Below, one piece after another: positions 1 through 14,158 of a stretch of 64,000 nucleotides of DNA; position 1 is the stretch's first letter, and each line of letters starts with the position of its first letter. Below the pieces are notes generated by a model, which was given only the letters and a program-made list of their open reading frames with translations, ran no database searches and was not told the DNA's origin. Location: NCBI RefSeq assembly GCF_009914755.1, contig NC_060931.1; one strand, 5' to 3'. Made by a program: the position numbers and the translations under genes. This DNA is from the human T2T-CHM13v2.0 reference genome, Homo sapiens.

Positions 1-102
1 CACCGTCCCGCAGCCCCATGTTAACCCCGCAAAACCGCATCCCCCGACCCTCCAGCAGCCTCCGACCAAGGAAGCTCCAGGAATCCCGGGTCGGCCTGGC
101 AA

Positions 103-113
103 ATGACTTTGCA
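103..113 (+). promoter_or_regulatory. Antioxidant-response-element-like motif in PSMA2 intron 1
   Basis: ATGACTTTGCA matches RTGACnnnGC(A). Confidence 0.5.
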
Positions 114-247
114 AAGCCGCATTTCCAACTCCATTCCCTACTGGACCCTCCAGAAGCACCAATGCCGACGTCAGGATGGGAAAAACTAAATCGACAGAGT
201 ACCAGCAACCTCGACTACGCTGAAGACCTCGAGGGCCCCTTCCATAC

Positions 248-288
248 CTGAATGTAGTCAGCGAAAAGCTGTACCCGCGCTCCGCCAT
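248..288 (-). CDS. PSMA2: Proteasome subunit alpha type-2, coding exon 1 (rest of the gene lies left of the window)
   Basis: Minus strand reads ATGGCGGAGCGCGGGTACAGCTTTTCGCTGACTACATTCAG|GTATGG = MAERGYSFSLTTF(S), the PSMA2 N-terminus, followed by a canonical donor. Confidence 0.96.
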
Positions 289-412
289 CTTTACCCGAAG
301 AGCCAAAGCACAGCCGCACACATGCGCACTGTGGCCGATTTCCTTTCATTTCCCCGCCCCTCACCTTTCCTTTACTCTCTATGATTGGAGGAGAGTCAGA
401 GCTGCTCCAAGA

Positions 413-432
413 GCATGCGGGGTGTTGTAGTT
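413..432 (-). promoter_or_regulatory. ZNF143/THAP11 (SBS)-like motif
   Basis: Minus strand AACTACAACACCCCGCATGC resembles ACTACAATTCCCAGCATGC, typical of bidirectional promoters. Confidence 0.6.
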
Positions 433-477
433 CTAAGAAGCGAGGCTTGCCCGATTCTGTGCCTGTGCGCATGCTGA

Positions 478-651
<174 letters not shown>

Positions 652-1552
652 TAAAGAAGGGCTCCGTGGGAGAGGGGGCTGATGACGGGACCTCGGGCAG
701 CGTAGCAGACGCAGCTTACACAGTTCGCCCTCAGCCCCGGTTCTGATCCGCGGCCTCATGTCGGGGACGTAGTTCGTGACATTCCCATATTAGCGAGAAC
801 AGAACGACTGTTTTTGCGCTCCCTCCACCGCAAAAAAAAAAAAAAAAATTCCTCTGCTTGTTCCATTCGTACACAGAATGTAACCCAAGCTTGTGTCAAA
901 GATAAATCATAGCCAGCCAGTAAGTAAAGCGCTGAAAACGGATTTTATTCAGTAACTACTGCAGGTAAAAGGGCTGAGTTCCATCCCGGTTTGTGCAGAG
1001 GTGACTTTGGGCGTTTTAAAGGGAGAATGAGCGAGGCGGGAGTGTAGGGGCTCTGTAGAGTCAGAGAAGTGTAGTATAGTGAAGTCAGTGCAAATGTGAT
1101 TAGCCGGCTGTGTCTGCTAGCTCGCAGTTGTCTTAGGGAGAATTCTATCCTCCCGCAGAGACTGGGAGACAAAGGCCCTATCCTTCCTAATGATTAGATT
1201 TCGAAGGAATGGCTCTCAGGGCCTTGAAAGAAAAGCTTCCGAGTTAGTTGCAAGGGATACGTATTTACAATTATATGCCCTTTCCAGGAAATGCTCTAAG
1301 GGAGTTCGGGACCTACTATCGGGGTATGTTGGCCAAAATAAATAGGAAATTTTCCAGGCAGCGTTGAGCTTTCTCAGGCAGGCACTTTAAAGGGGGGGCC
1401 GAGGTCATCCTAGGATACAGCCTTATGCTGCTAGAAACTATGCTAGAGTTTGGTCAAGTCTGTGGAGTTCAGGGATTTGTACAGAGTTGTCCTGAGAGGA
1501 CAGTTCTGCAGGTCTCACTTGGCATCAAGGCTCACCACTCTCTGGATCTGTC

Positions 1553-1658
1553 TTTCCTTTCCAGCCCTGCCCTCACCTCCCCTCCCGCTTCCCCTCTCCC
1601 CTCTCTCCTCTTCCCTTCCCTTCCCTCCCTTCTTTCCTCCCTTCCTCCCTCCCTCCCG
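1553..1658. repeat. Polypyrimidine low-complexity tract (CCT/CCCT)
   Basis: About 100 nt of almost pure C/T. Confidence 0.85.
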
Positions 1659-2115
1659 CGCAGTACATGTTTTCTGTGGTGTTTGAGCTCTGAGGAGCTG
1701 AATTCTGTTTCCCATGTTTCACTTGGAATTAATTTTAATTGGAAGTATCTTGGATGTTGAAACTGTCATGGCTTTGGCATTTACATTCTACTCAATTTCT
1801 AAGCAGCCTGAAAGTGATAATATCCAGAAATATACCAAGAAAATATATGCCACTATATGCCAAGCAATGTGCCAAGCTTTCTACATGTACTTCCTGGGAT
1901 AATCTTGACAACAGTCCCATTAGGTGTATACACTTTCCAACTGAAACAGTAGGCTCACAATGGTCCCAAGTTCACAGACAGTCCTGAGCCTGTGTTGTTA
2001 ATCACCGGGGCATGCTTGGCAATACTTGTGGACATACTGAAAATAAATGCCAGTTGTTAAGTGTTAGAGAACTTTGTGTATTTTTAAGAGTTCTTAAGAT
2101 CAAAAGAAGTATGTG

Positions 2116-2422
<307 letters not shown>

Positions 2423-3038
2423 CTAAGAAATAGCAAGGAAAGGGTAAAGGAATGTTGATTTTATAAGCAATTCAGAAAAAGAGAAACTTTGATAGTCACA
2501 TAAATAAGGCCATACAGAGAAATGGTGAGCTGGCTCTTTTCTTTAGAGAGCAGACAGGAATCAAGATTAAATGTTATGAGGAACTAAGTGACTTAAGAGG
2601 TTGTATCATAAAGGACCTGACTCAGTTTGAATATAAGAAAAGGCAATTGGCAGTTACATCAGTGCCGGTCAGAAGTGTATTCAGGAAATCTGTCTAGATT
2701 TACTTGTAAATTAATCAGGTACTTACTACCCGCCAAGTATTAATAGAATGTGGACAGTTGAGTGATTCTTTGCTTGTTTTGTTCAAGTTAGGTGCCTATC
2801 AGAGTCCTGTATTTTATGAGATAAGAAACTTGATGGAATTTCACTGATCTTCTTTTCAGCAGGATCCACTAAGAAAAAATTCTGTGTTCCTTAAAATTGT
2901 ATAAGCTTTAGTGTATTTTAATAGCTAAGGTTTCTCATTATTGAGTTTCACATTCTAAATTTTATATATAGTTTTTGTGTGTGTGTATGTTTGACCATTG
3001 ATTGTTAAGGAAAATGATATCTGTAAATAGTAATTTAG

Positions 3039-3272
<234 letters not shown>

Positions 3273-4790
3273 TGATTTTTGTGGGTGTGCTTTTCCTCAA
3301 GTCCTCCATTGAATAAGCTCATGGTAGATTCCTATAGCCTAGGAATAAATTATTCTCAGATTATATGTGTCTACTTTCCTCTGGCCTAAATGAAATACAG
3401 TATTCTCATTATATACATAATGAGAAGGCTAGAGCCTGCTGTCCTCTAGCCTGAGTATTAGAAACACAGTCAAGGAAGGAGTGAGTTTGGAGACTGGGCA
3501 AGGAACGAGGCTGTGAGGTGCCTACATGACTTCTGAATTGTGAGCTGTGTCAGTCTTGAGCTGTGTGAGTTTTGAACTACAGATGAGTAAACATCCTAAC
3601 TATGGCAGAGCCTAGAATTAAAGCTAGAAGCAGTAGGTATACTGAATCTTGGGTTTTACAAGCCCTTACATATTTGTTTTATTTTTTTATCATTTCCAAC
3701 AAAATACCATGAAGGAAAACCCTAAGATAAGTAATATAATAGCTAACAACAATTAAGTGTCTATGATGTATCTCAGTGCCTTATGTTTATTATATCTCAT
3801 CATGTCTTATAGCCCTCCAAAGCAAATAAGATATTCTTCATTATTAGGATGAAAAAACTGAGGCAAAAAGAATTTGCCTGTGGTCACACAGCTATGAAGC
3901 AGTAGATTTTCGAGCTCTGATTTTTGACCTCATGTTCTTTTAAAGATTTTCTTTGTGTTCTCCTATCCTCAGACAATTTCAGATTCTCCTCGCTGACAAC
4001 ATGGATGTACTGTCTTCATTGATCTAGTAAAGAAAAATTACAGTGTGTATTACCTCTGATCTGTTCATGTATGGTTTTAACAGTTAGGATTTCAGTTACT
4101 GTTTACTTCATGGCGTTCCACAACAGCAGCACCATACAGATGAAACTCGAGAACAGAAAGCTGACTTTCATAAGCATCCACATTCTGTTAAGCAAAACCT
4201 TAGAACTTAAGCCAGAAAGTATTATTGAGTGATGGTTGGGGCTGAACTTAAATGTAGAACTGAAAAACACTTTATTACTTAAGACTTACAGTAATTCATA
4301 AATTTGCTCAAGAGGACGTAAGATTTTAGGAATGAGATCTTGCACTGATCTATTATGTGACTTCCCTGATCGCATTTATTCTGAGGGAATAGTTCTTATC
4401 CTGTGCATTTATTTTCTTCCTTGAATTATTTTCTGTTACATACGGTATATAGTGTGTTATGTTGGGTACTTTGATCACGAAAGGAAGACCAGCTGACTGT
4501 GGGTGTCTTCATACCTTCAGTTGTGCATGCAATCCAGTTTCCAGTAGTGGAGCAAAATGAGAATATGGTTAGGCAAGTAATATACAAGCCTCTTTCTTCC
4601 TTTCAGAAAAGGAAATTCTTTTGTTATCTGCCTCACAAATGTTAGTATATTAATCTTATCAACTGTTTAAAGCTTCTTTAATGATCCTGTTTAGTATTTT
4701 TCTTTGTATTTTCTTTCAAACCTATATCTAGAATAAGTTGATAAATCTTTTAGAGGTTATAATGTTTCTATTTTATATTTAAAGTTGGAG

Positions 4791-4850
4791 ATATATATAT
4801 ATCTATATCTATCTATATATATATATATATATACACACACATATATATAT
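4791..4850. repeat. (TA)n/(CA)n microsatellite
   Basis: Direct reading. Confidence 0.9.
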
Positions 4851-5423
4851 CATTAAAATACCCTAAGAATGTAACATAGAAAATAATTTTACATTAAGGA
4901 ATAATCAGTGTTCATTTTTAAAAAGAAAAATTATACCATATACGAAACCTGTATTCTGTACAGGAATTTGAATTACACTGTGATAAAAAGAGGAAGCCAA
5001 GGAAGTCAACTTGTAATGTTCTTATCTTGTTTTCCCTAAGATAGATTGAAAGACAAAGGGAATTCACTTTTCCTTGGTGTCTTATTTAAGATGCTGATTG
5101 TTTGGGTCACTTCATTATGTTGACAAATTCCTTATTTGATATTTAGTATTTGGAGTTAGGGGAAATGAGTATTTCTTTTTTCTTTTTTACATAACTACAA
5201 CTGCTGTGTTTAAGTAAAGATACCAGATTCAGGTTGGCTGAATTCTAGTTCTAGTTTTTCTCTAATTCAAACTCAGTGTTGCTTGTCTTCAGTCTTCCTG
5301 TTAAAGTGAGGTGGAACTGGATGGTGTATGATGACCTCATGTAGCCTGAACATCCTAAGAAAGTTAAAATGTAAGCATTGCTCCTGTCAGTGGTTATTTG
5401 TTCGTTATATTGCCTCATGTTAA

Positions 5424-5705
<282 letters not shown>

Positions 5706-5957
5706 CACCAAAGATGTTAAAAGGATAACTTCACAGTAAATCATTTCTCCTGAAATAGAGGAAGATTCTTTACGTTGTTGTGCTTGTTTTTAAATCATCA
5801 GTATAGTTTAACACATTCTTTCTAAGCAGTTTTGTGTGGGATAATTTGAAGAATATATTATGAGTAAACTCCGAAAATTTTGTTTATCCAAAGGCTCAAT
5901 GGATTATGTTTCTATTATATACAAGGTTTTAAGTAAACATAAAATTTCCAGAACAAA

Positions 5958-6015
5958 AATAAAAAATTTAAAATTCATAGCAAAAATTCTGTGTTTTGGC
6001 TTTGGTTTTGTTTGC
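5958..6015 (+). terminator. MRPL32 polyadenylation signal with downstream GU-rich element
   Basis: AATAAA at 5958-5963, then TCTGTGTTTTGGCTTTGGTTTTGTTTG about 25 nt later. Confidence 0.75.
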
Positions 6016-6460
6016 CAGTGCCTTTTCTTAGACAAGAATACTTAACACAGATAACTCCATTTAAGTAACACATGGAAATAGGTTATTATTTGCATTTTTG
6101 GTATTGTTTTTTAAGATGGTAGGTGTGGCAGTAAGAATGGTTTTTGTTCTTATTTTTCTCTTAGCAAATTAAAATTGCTTTTGGAGGAAATTACTTTTAT
6201 GAAACATACTAATTTACTTAGGTGATAGAAGTACTTCTTTACATTTTACATTAAATCAAAATCATATTCAGAATATATGAGATAGCCTATGTTTTGGAAG
6301 AGATTATTAGTAAAGATGTGAGCAGATTCCATAGCACACTGAAAATGTGATACGAATGTTCTTTGCATTTTTCTTTTAATATGTCCTTTTAGTTTATTTC
6401 ACGTTTTATCAATTTTATCTCATTGTAACAATAGGCAATAGGCTCTTTAACTTAACTTTC

Positions 6461-6759
6461 TTTTTTTTTTTTTTGAGATGGAGTTTCGCTCTTGTCGCCC
6501 AGGCTGGAGTGCAATAGCCTGATCTCAGCTTCACTGCAACCTCTGTCTCCTGGGTTCAAGAGATTCTCCTGTCTTAGTCTCCCAAGTAGCTGAGATTATA
6601 GGCGCCTGGCACCACGCCTAGCTAATATTTGTATTTTTAGTAGAGACAGGGTTTCACCATGTTGGCCAGGCTGGTCTCAAACTCCTGACCTCGGGCGATC
6701 CCACCTTCCTCAGCCTCCCAAAGTGCTGGGATTACAGGCATGAGCCAGTGTGCCTGGCC
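6461..6759 (-). mobile_element. Alu
   Basis: Full Alu with exact 15-bp TSD TTTAACTTAACTTTC (6446-6460 / 6760-6774). Confidence 0.96.
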
Positions 6760-7036
6760 TTTAACTTAACTTTCTACAGTTAATTTCTTATTTTCTTCTA
6801 CCTCTCTCATTCCTGTGTCCACCTTGAGCCCAAGGTTTGCTATTTTGTTTCTTGCCTCATTCAAAATGAAAAAAGTGAGGTAGCTATTTAAAACACATAA
6901 TGATAAGCAACTTAGGGAATTATAGTTAAAGGTAACATCGGTAGACAAGATAAAGCCCAGGGAAGTATTTACAGCAAAAATACATGCTGCAGTAACCTGA
7001 ACACATACTATATTAGGCAGCATATTTGACTCAACA

Positions 7037-7275
7037 TTTTTTTTCTTTTTTTTTGAGACGAAGTTTCACTCTGTCGCCCAGGCTGGAGTGCAGTGGCACT
7101 ACCTCGGCTCTCTGCAACCTTCACCTCCCAGGTTCAAGCAAGTCTCTTGTTCTCAGTTTCCCAAATAGCTGGGATTACAGGCACCGGCTACCATGCCCAG
7201 CTAATTTTTGTATTTTTAGTCCCGACCTCAGGTGATCTGCCCACCTTGGCCTTCCAAAGTGCCAGAATTACAGGC
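7037..7275 (-). mobile_element. Alu with internal deletion
   Basis: Alu sequence jumps from TTTTTAGT directly to CCCGACCTCAGG. Confidence 0.9.
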
Positions 7276-7861
7276 TGAACATTTTTTTCTTTGGAAAGAA
7301 AGAAGATTCACTTGCATGGATCAGTCTTCACAAAGTAAGACAGATAATCTAGAAGATGCATCACTATCTTGGTACTAAGGCCTGAAGTGTACTAAGGCCT
7401 GGGGCTTCATAATGAAAATTGTATAATGGCGCAATCTATGTTAACATTCCTAGAGGTAAAATCACCAATTTCATTGGGTATGGTATAGGCCAATGTTACG
7501 TTGAAGTGCAATTCAGTAAAAAATTTTTAAAACTTCCAAAGTGTTAGAATCCCAGCAAATAGCTCTTTCAAGGCTGGGCTTGATCTAAGCATTAAAAAGT
7601 TGAAATTCCAGAGGAATTGGTTATCTGCATATTATTTAGACAAACCTCTACAGATAATTATTTTTAACCCTGAGAAGTCATACAATGCTGTGTGTCAAAG
7701 ATAGACTTGAGGTGGAATCAGTGGTTCATGAACACTGGGGATGAATATATTCAACTGCCTACTCAGTATCCTCAGTTGACTAATAGGTTGCAAAGTGTAT
7801 CTCCAGGTAACAAATTGTCCTTTGATAGTACAGACTGAATGTATTCATGTATTGATCTGGC

Positions 7862-8201
7862 TGCTACAGATGTGAGAAAAAAACATTCTTATGTTGAAAG
7901 CCTAACCTCCAATGTGATGGTATTAGAAAGTGAGGCCTTTGAGTGATAATTAGGGAATAAGGGTATACCCCTTATGAATAAGGCTGATGCTCTTATAAGA
8001 AGAGACGCAAGAGTGTTCTCTCTGCCCTCTGCCATGTGAGGCTCCAAGGAGAAGGCTGACTACAAATCAGGAAGCAGGTCTTCACCAGAACCAAATCTGC
8101 CAGCACCTTGATCTGGGACTTTCCACCTTCCAGAACTGTGAGAGATGAATCGTTGAAGAAACGCTGTTTGTTAATTTCTTAACAGGAGCTTGAGCTAAGA
8201 C
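7862..8201 (+). mobile_element. MaLR LTR (MST/MLT1-type)
   Basis: TATGTTGAAAGCCTAACCTCCAATGTGATGGTATTAG...CCAGAACTGTGAGA...CTAAGACA. Confidence 0.75.
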
Positions 8202-9553
8202 AGAGGCTCTATATGCAGGTAACCTAGTGAGAGTACGTGGGCAGAGTGACTGTTTTCTGTTTTCAATTCATGAATGGAGAAACTTATTATAAAATGCATC
8301 CCAAATTAGGCAATTATTAGATAGCAAAACCAGATATCTAGTCCATGTCAGAAAACCATGTCATAAAGGAGAGTACTTTCACTTTTACGTAGGGGTTGTC
8401 CCATCAAAGTTTTCTTTATAATACATTTTATCACTTCATGCCTCCAGTTTTTACTATGGCAGAAAATCATTATGAGTTGGAATTAAACCAATTATGTAAC
8501 TGATTCAGGTTTTGAATTAGAAATTAATTCCCTTGTCCCTACTCATTCCCTACAACATGAAGATGTTGAGACATCTTACTAGGTTATTTTGGAAGGAGTC
8601 ATTCTTGACTCTGACATCCCACCTTTTCTCCCTTTCACATCCAACCTGCGAGCAAATCCAAAAATCCCATTGATTCTACCCTCATTATATACTTAGAATC
8701 TGGCCATTTAACATGAAGATTTATGCATACATATTTTTTCTTGGGAAACCAAAAATAGTTTTGGTGCACTATGGATGACCCTAATGTAAATAAATTGTGA
8801 TCTTTTAAAAATACGATTTTTTCATAATTTGTGTAGTGTGACTTTTAAGTTAAAAATTTATTATTTAAAGAGGTTCAATGAGTAGGGGCCTTTGTAACAT
8901 TCATGATACGGGGATTGCCCTCCCACTCTCCTCAGATAACTGTTTTCTACACCTGCCTCCACCCTCCCATATGCAATTATGTTTCAGGGGCAGGATTTGC
9001 CCCTCAATATTTCTAAATCTGTGCTAAGGAATTCTGCTACGATTAGTGTTTTTCTGGCAAATACACAAACATAGATGCTCTGTCTTCAACTGCAATTTTT
9101 AGGGAGCAGTGTCATTCCATGGTCTAGATTAGTGAATAACATTTCCATCTTGCCTTTGAAACAGGATGGTGTCGCTTCCAGCTGCTGTCCTCTCGTTTTT
9201 TCCGCAAAGGGCATCCAGAACAGCAACAGCTAAGGCAAATAGAGAGATATTCCCTGGTGCTCAGTGGAATGTCCCTGGGCTACTCTTTACCTTACTTCCA
9301 ACCTTCGTGTTACCCTGCCCCTGTGTTCCTCTGCTGGCCCCGGTGACGGTCTGTGCACTCACCTCCTCCACGTTTGTGGAGTCGCTAGTAAGCATTAGGC
9401 ATGCAATTTGGAGGAAGGACAGGAAGAAAGCTAGAGGGTTAACGAGTTCCAGTCTCTGGACCCTGGTGTTCAAGCTCAGAGCCAGCTTTACAGTTTCAGC
9501 CTTTAAACTCACATGAGGAACTGCTACAGTTTACTAGGCATCAGCAAGCCGCT

Positions 9554-9569
9554 CCACTAGGGGGCAGCA
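9554..9569 (+). promoter_or_regulatory. CTCF motif
   Basis: CCACTAGGGGGCAGCA, near-consensus core in unique sequence. Confidence 0.7.
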
Positions 9570-9989
9570 GGTGAATTGCACTGAAATTCTCAAATGAAAT
9601 AATAAACCATCAGGTACAGCAATGCTGGGGACATTGTCTGTTTCTGCCAAAGCCATCAGCCTGTGGCTAGCAGACAGGATTACTGCAGGGGGAGAAAAGG
9701 CTGTCTGCAACGCTGAGTGAAAGCTAGAGGCTGCCAACAAAACTGAGCCTCCCTATCACTGTGTCCAGGGCTTCTCTCCCTCCGCCCTGGGTCAGTTTGC
9801 TCTCGCCAGTGTTCCCTCCTTGATCCTCTTCTTTTCCAACCCTACATCCTTGGGTACATGCAGCCAGCTTAATTCTAAAATCCTTTCCAAGAGCATCTTT
9901 CAGGATAAAAACTCTTTTCCAATATTCCCCAATATTACATTTCGGTAACTAAAAAGAACTACTGATTTTCTCATTGACATTCTTCTAAT

Positions 9990-10142
9990 CAGTAGTTCTC
10001 AACCAGGGATGATCCCCTTCCCACCCCAGAGGACATTTGGCAATGCCTACAGACATTTTTGGTTGTCACGCTGGGGTAGGGGGGTGAGGGATGATGAGAG
10101 CTACTGCCTTCCAGTGGGTAGAAGCCAGGGACGATGCTCAAT
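9990..10142 (+). mobile_element. MER20 (hAT) fragment
   Basis: CAGTAGTTCTCAACC...GGACATTTGGCAATG...AGACATTTTTGGTTGTCAC. Confidence 0.8.
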
Positions 10143-10239
10143 ATTTTCCTCTATCAGACTCAATAACACTAACTTTTTTGAATAAAAAATGTGACATGAA
10201 AATATTTTAATTTTCTAGAAGTCTCAGTGAGCCATCTTA

Positions 10240-11700
10240 TTTTCTTCCATAATTTAAATATGCAGTGATGACCCTCAGGTCTATGTATCTAGGTCTCATT
10301 TTTCTATTAATCTCCAGACCCATGTTTCCAAATAATACGAGATTTCCATTAGAACGTCACATAAGTCTCAGTAGATCATAGCCTAACAACTTTTCCAAAT
10401 CTCTCCCTGTAAATTTGCTTCTCTGATAGCCTAGCTTGGTTCGCTTATTCATTCAACAAATATGTCTAACATTTCTCCAACCATAGACTACCTCTGATTG
10501 ACTAATGGACATTTCGGGGTTAGCATATTGAAAACGGAACTGCTGATCACCCCTATCCCTTACCCCACTAGCCAAACTTGTACCTCATCCAAACTTTCCC
10601 ACCTTGACACAAATCAAATTGCTCCAGCAAAATCCTACTCATTCTTGATTTCTCCCTTCTCATCCCACATAAGCAACTCCTTTGACTCTACCCCCATAAC
10701 ATATCCTGAGTCCCAAGTGGCATTCAGTTTGGAATGACAGGAAGGGATGCCAGTGTAAGGAGAATGTGCTGGGAAGGGGCAAGAAGGGATCTAGGGAGAC
10801 AGGCTAAGGGTCTCTGGAAGAAATCCAGGCTGAAGATGATGTAGCCCAAATCAGAATGGTGGCCAAGGACAGAAAGAACTAGAGGAAATAGAGATACATA
10901 TTTCAGAAGTGGAATTGGTGAGGACTTGGTTGTAGAAATGCAGGAGAGGGGAAAACAGGATAATTCCCAGGTTTCTAGCTTGAGTAACAGAGAGGATGTG
11001 ATTAGGGAGCCTGTGAGAGGTGAAGGCAGATTATGCAGGAAACTCAAGATACCCATTTTCGAGAAGCTACATTTGAAATACTTATTGGACATCGAAACTG
11101 AGATGGCAAGCAGGCTAATGGATATGTGAGTATGTAAATTTGGAAGCAGTCAGCAGATGGAGTGTATTTAAAGCCATTAAAATGAATGAGATTATCCACA
11201 GCAAGTACTTATGAAAGAAGAGAACCCGAAACTGAGCCCCGAGGAGAGGGGTAGCCTGTCGAGGAGGACATTAGACTGTCACGCCACAGATTCCAAGAGG
11301 GAGAGCATTTCAAGAAGAGGAAACCAGCCATCCTGTCAAATGCTGCTGGGAGGTGAAGATGAGGATAGGAAAGTACCCAATGATTGTGGCAATTGGAATT
11401 CATCTGCAAGATGACAAAAGTGATTTTATTTCAGTGTTGATGGCAGAAGACAGACTGGAGTGGGCTAAAGAGAAGATGTTTGCTGAGGTGGTAGAGGCCG
11501 TGTTCCTAGACAGTTCTTCCCAAAAGTTTTCTTCTGCTAGGGAGTAGAGAAATGAAGCAATAGCTAGAGGAAGATAGGGAATTAAGAGGCCACTGTGTGT
11601 ATGAGTGTCTGTAAGTGTGTGCACTGCAAACTGAGAGATCAATATGTATTTATGCTGCTGGGAATTATCAAGTAGGAGAGGAGACTGTGGATGCAATGAA
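10240..11700. mobile_element. Degraded L2 fragments, in both orientations
   Basis: L2-like motifs: GATGACCCTCAGGTCTAT, ATTCATTCAACAAATA, GATAATTCCCAGGTTTCTAGCTTG, TTTAAAGCCAT. Confidence 0.65.
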
Positions 11701-11878
11701 GCCAGGTTCAGGGGAGGTCTTTAATGCAGCTCCATCATGAGAGGATGGGCCTCAAGGCTTGCGCTTATTAGGAAGAAGAATGCATTCTCTATTGTTACAC
11801 CTGAAAGTTGAACCAGGAGGAGGACCTAGGACAATACCCTAGAAGCCTGATTCATTTTCATGCTTTTCTGGAATATGT

Positions 11879-12289
11879 TGATATGGTTTGGATCTGTGTC
11901 CCCACCAAATCTCACATTGAAATGTAATCCCCATTGGTGGTGGTGGGGCCTGGTGGGAGGTGATTGGATCGGGGAACAGATTTCTCATGAATGGTTTAGC
12001 ACCATCTTCTTGGTACTGTCCTCATGATAGTAAGTGAGTTCTCATGAAATTTGGTCACTTTAAAGTGTGTGGCACCTCCCTCCTCGCTCTCTTGCTCTTG
12101 CTTTAGCCATGGGATGTGCCTGCTCCTCCTTTGCCTTCCACTATGACTGGAAGCTTCCTGAGGCCTCACCAGAAGCAGATGCTGCTATGCTTCCTGTACA
12201 GCCTGCAGAACCATTAGCCAATTAAACTTCTTTTTTTATAAATTACTCAGTCTTAGGTATTTCTAGCATTGCAAGAATGGACTAATACA
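11879..12289 (+). mobile_element. MST (MaLR) solo LTR
   Basis: TGATATGGTTTGG...GGACTAATACA with exact 5-bp TSD TATGT. Confidence 0.92.
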
Positions 12290-12887
12290 TATGTCTAGAA
12301 GCATGAGTGTCTGAACCTGCCGTCACCACAGCCCCATCTATAATTTTGCTTTTCATGTTTTTCTGCCACTAGATGTAGACAAAATAAAAAATTCCATTCA
12401 GTCAAATATATTGATGATTTAATGGCCAGTGTCATATGTCATGTGTTTTTCCAGAGGTTTAATGGTTATTTTTCCTGATTTTATCTTGCAGAGTATGAAG
12501 GCCAGGGAAATCAAAGTATGTACTTCTAGTTAGCATAAGATGTAGTTATAGGGGGTTAAAAATAGCAATAGGTAAGACACATTCTCAAAGCTTTTGAAAA
12601 AGTTATTGCCAGTAAACTTTCTCATTCAAAAACTATTTATTAATATATGTACAGATATTTAATATTTTAAAAATAATATTTTTATTAATATATTCTTTAC
12701 ATTGAGCTTGAAATCATTTTTCTTCAATATGATGGGTGGCATTCACTCAACACCTATTATGTGTCAGGCATTCTGCCTATGTTAATCCTTAAAATAATAT
12801 TATGGAGCAGATAGTAATAATTGCGGTCACTATTTATTAGTGTTTACTATGCATCAGGCACTGTGTCAAGAGTTTTACATAAATTAC

Positions 12888-13629
12888 TGTTGACATAAAG
12901 GAAAAAAATCTGACGCTAAATTAATATTAGTAAAGAGATTATTTGGGCCAAGTTTGAGAACTGCAGCCCAGGAACATAAATTCAAGTTGCCCTGAATATA
13001 CACTCAGACTAGCAGGAGTTACAAGCAGGTTTTGTTTGTTTGTTGTTTGTTTGAGACAGAGTCTCACTCTGTTGCCCAGGCTGGAGTACAGTGGCGCAAT
13101 CTCTGCTCACTGCAATTTCCACCTCCCTGTTCAAGCAATTCTCCTGCCTCAGCCTCCCAAGTAGCTGGAATTACAGGCACATGCCACCAAACTCAGCTAA
13201 TTTTGTATTTTTAGTAGAGATGGGGTCAGGCTGGTCTCGAACTCCCGGACCTCAGGTGATCCGCCTGCCTCTGCCTCCCAAAGTGCTGGGATTACAGGCG
13301 TCAGCCCCACGCCTGGCCACAAGCAGGTTTTTAAAGGAAAAAAGAAGCAGCAACTTCTAAGTTGTTTACCAGGAATTTGCATTAAATAACACAAGCTGTT
13401 GATTGGCTATACGTTGTTCTTTGTAACACATATTCCAGGAACGTGAAGATAACAGGTGAGGCAGCAAATCAGGAACAAAATAACCTTAAACAATTGCCCC
13501 AGGTGGTGGAGTGTGACTGAAGACCCATGTTCCTGTCTCTCTGGGCTTTTGCAAAGGTCTGCAAGGTTCTCTGAGGCTTTTGCAGACCTCACATAGCTCA
13601 GGCTGCTCTGAGCTATTTTTCTTTTTTCA
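12888..13629 (-). mobile_element. ERV1 (MER4-group) solo LTR interrupted by an Alu
   Basis: TG...CA ends, flanks TTAC/CTAC, MER4-group-like sequence; family not determined. Confidence 0.65.
13034..13318 (-). mobile_element. Alu
   Basis: TSD ACAAGCAGGTTTT; (TTTG)n tail. Confidence 0.95.
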
Positions 13630-13958
13630 CTACTTATTAAATTTTTATATGGCATAATATTATAAAATTTTAACTGGTATTTTTTTCTGTGACATTTTCT
13701 TGTGTCTTTTGGCCTTCATCTGATTCAGAGAGGCAGAGCATTTTATTCATTTTCCCCAGGAAGGAAAAGCAGAAAGTTGGGGTGGGAAGCATTTCAAAAT
13801 CCTAGCCTTTTTTGGGGAAAAAGCAAAGAACTAAAGTTTTGGAAAAATGACTGGGGCAAACACATGTTTATTTAGTAGCTGGGCTTTCCTGCCCCAAGAA
13901 CTAGACAAAAATGCCCTGGGCCAGAGGCGGGTGAGGGGGGTTGTATGAGGGAAGCTAG

Positions 13959-14158
13959 CAAGCTTGTCCAACCCACCTTATTTTGTCGTTGCTGTTCAGT
14001 TTTGTTTTGTTTTAGGCTTTTAGCAGCCTGAAGTCATGGTTTTCACTTTCTGTCTCTAGTAATGAGCAGAAAAGAGGGATGAGGAAGGGGCTTTACTGGC
14101 CCAACCAGAAACAGAAACTAAGAACCCATGACTGTATTCTCTCCCCTCGAAAACCCTG
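13959..14158 (-). mobile_element. MER107-like hAT non-autonomous DNA transposon
   Basis: CAAGCTTGTCCAAC...AAGAACCCATGACTGTATTCTCTCCC...CCCTG, 200 bp. Confidence 0.7.

Noticed and set aside
9166-9740. ORFs of 116, 83 and 68 aa in unique DNA
   Set aside because: No recognisable domain or exon structure; the region looks regulatory (CTCF).
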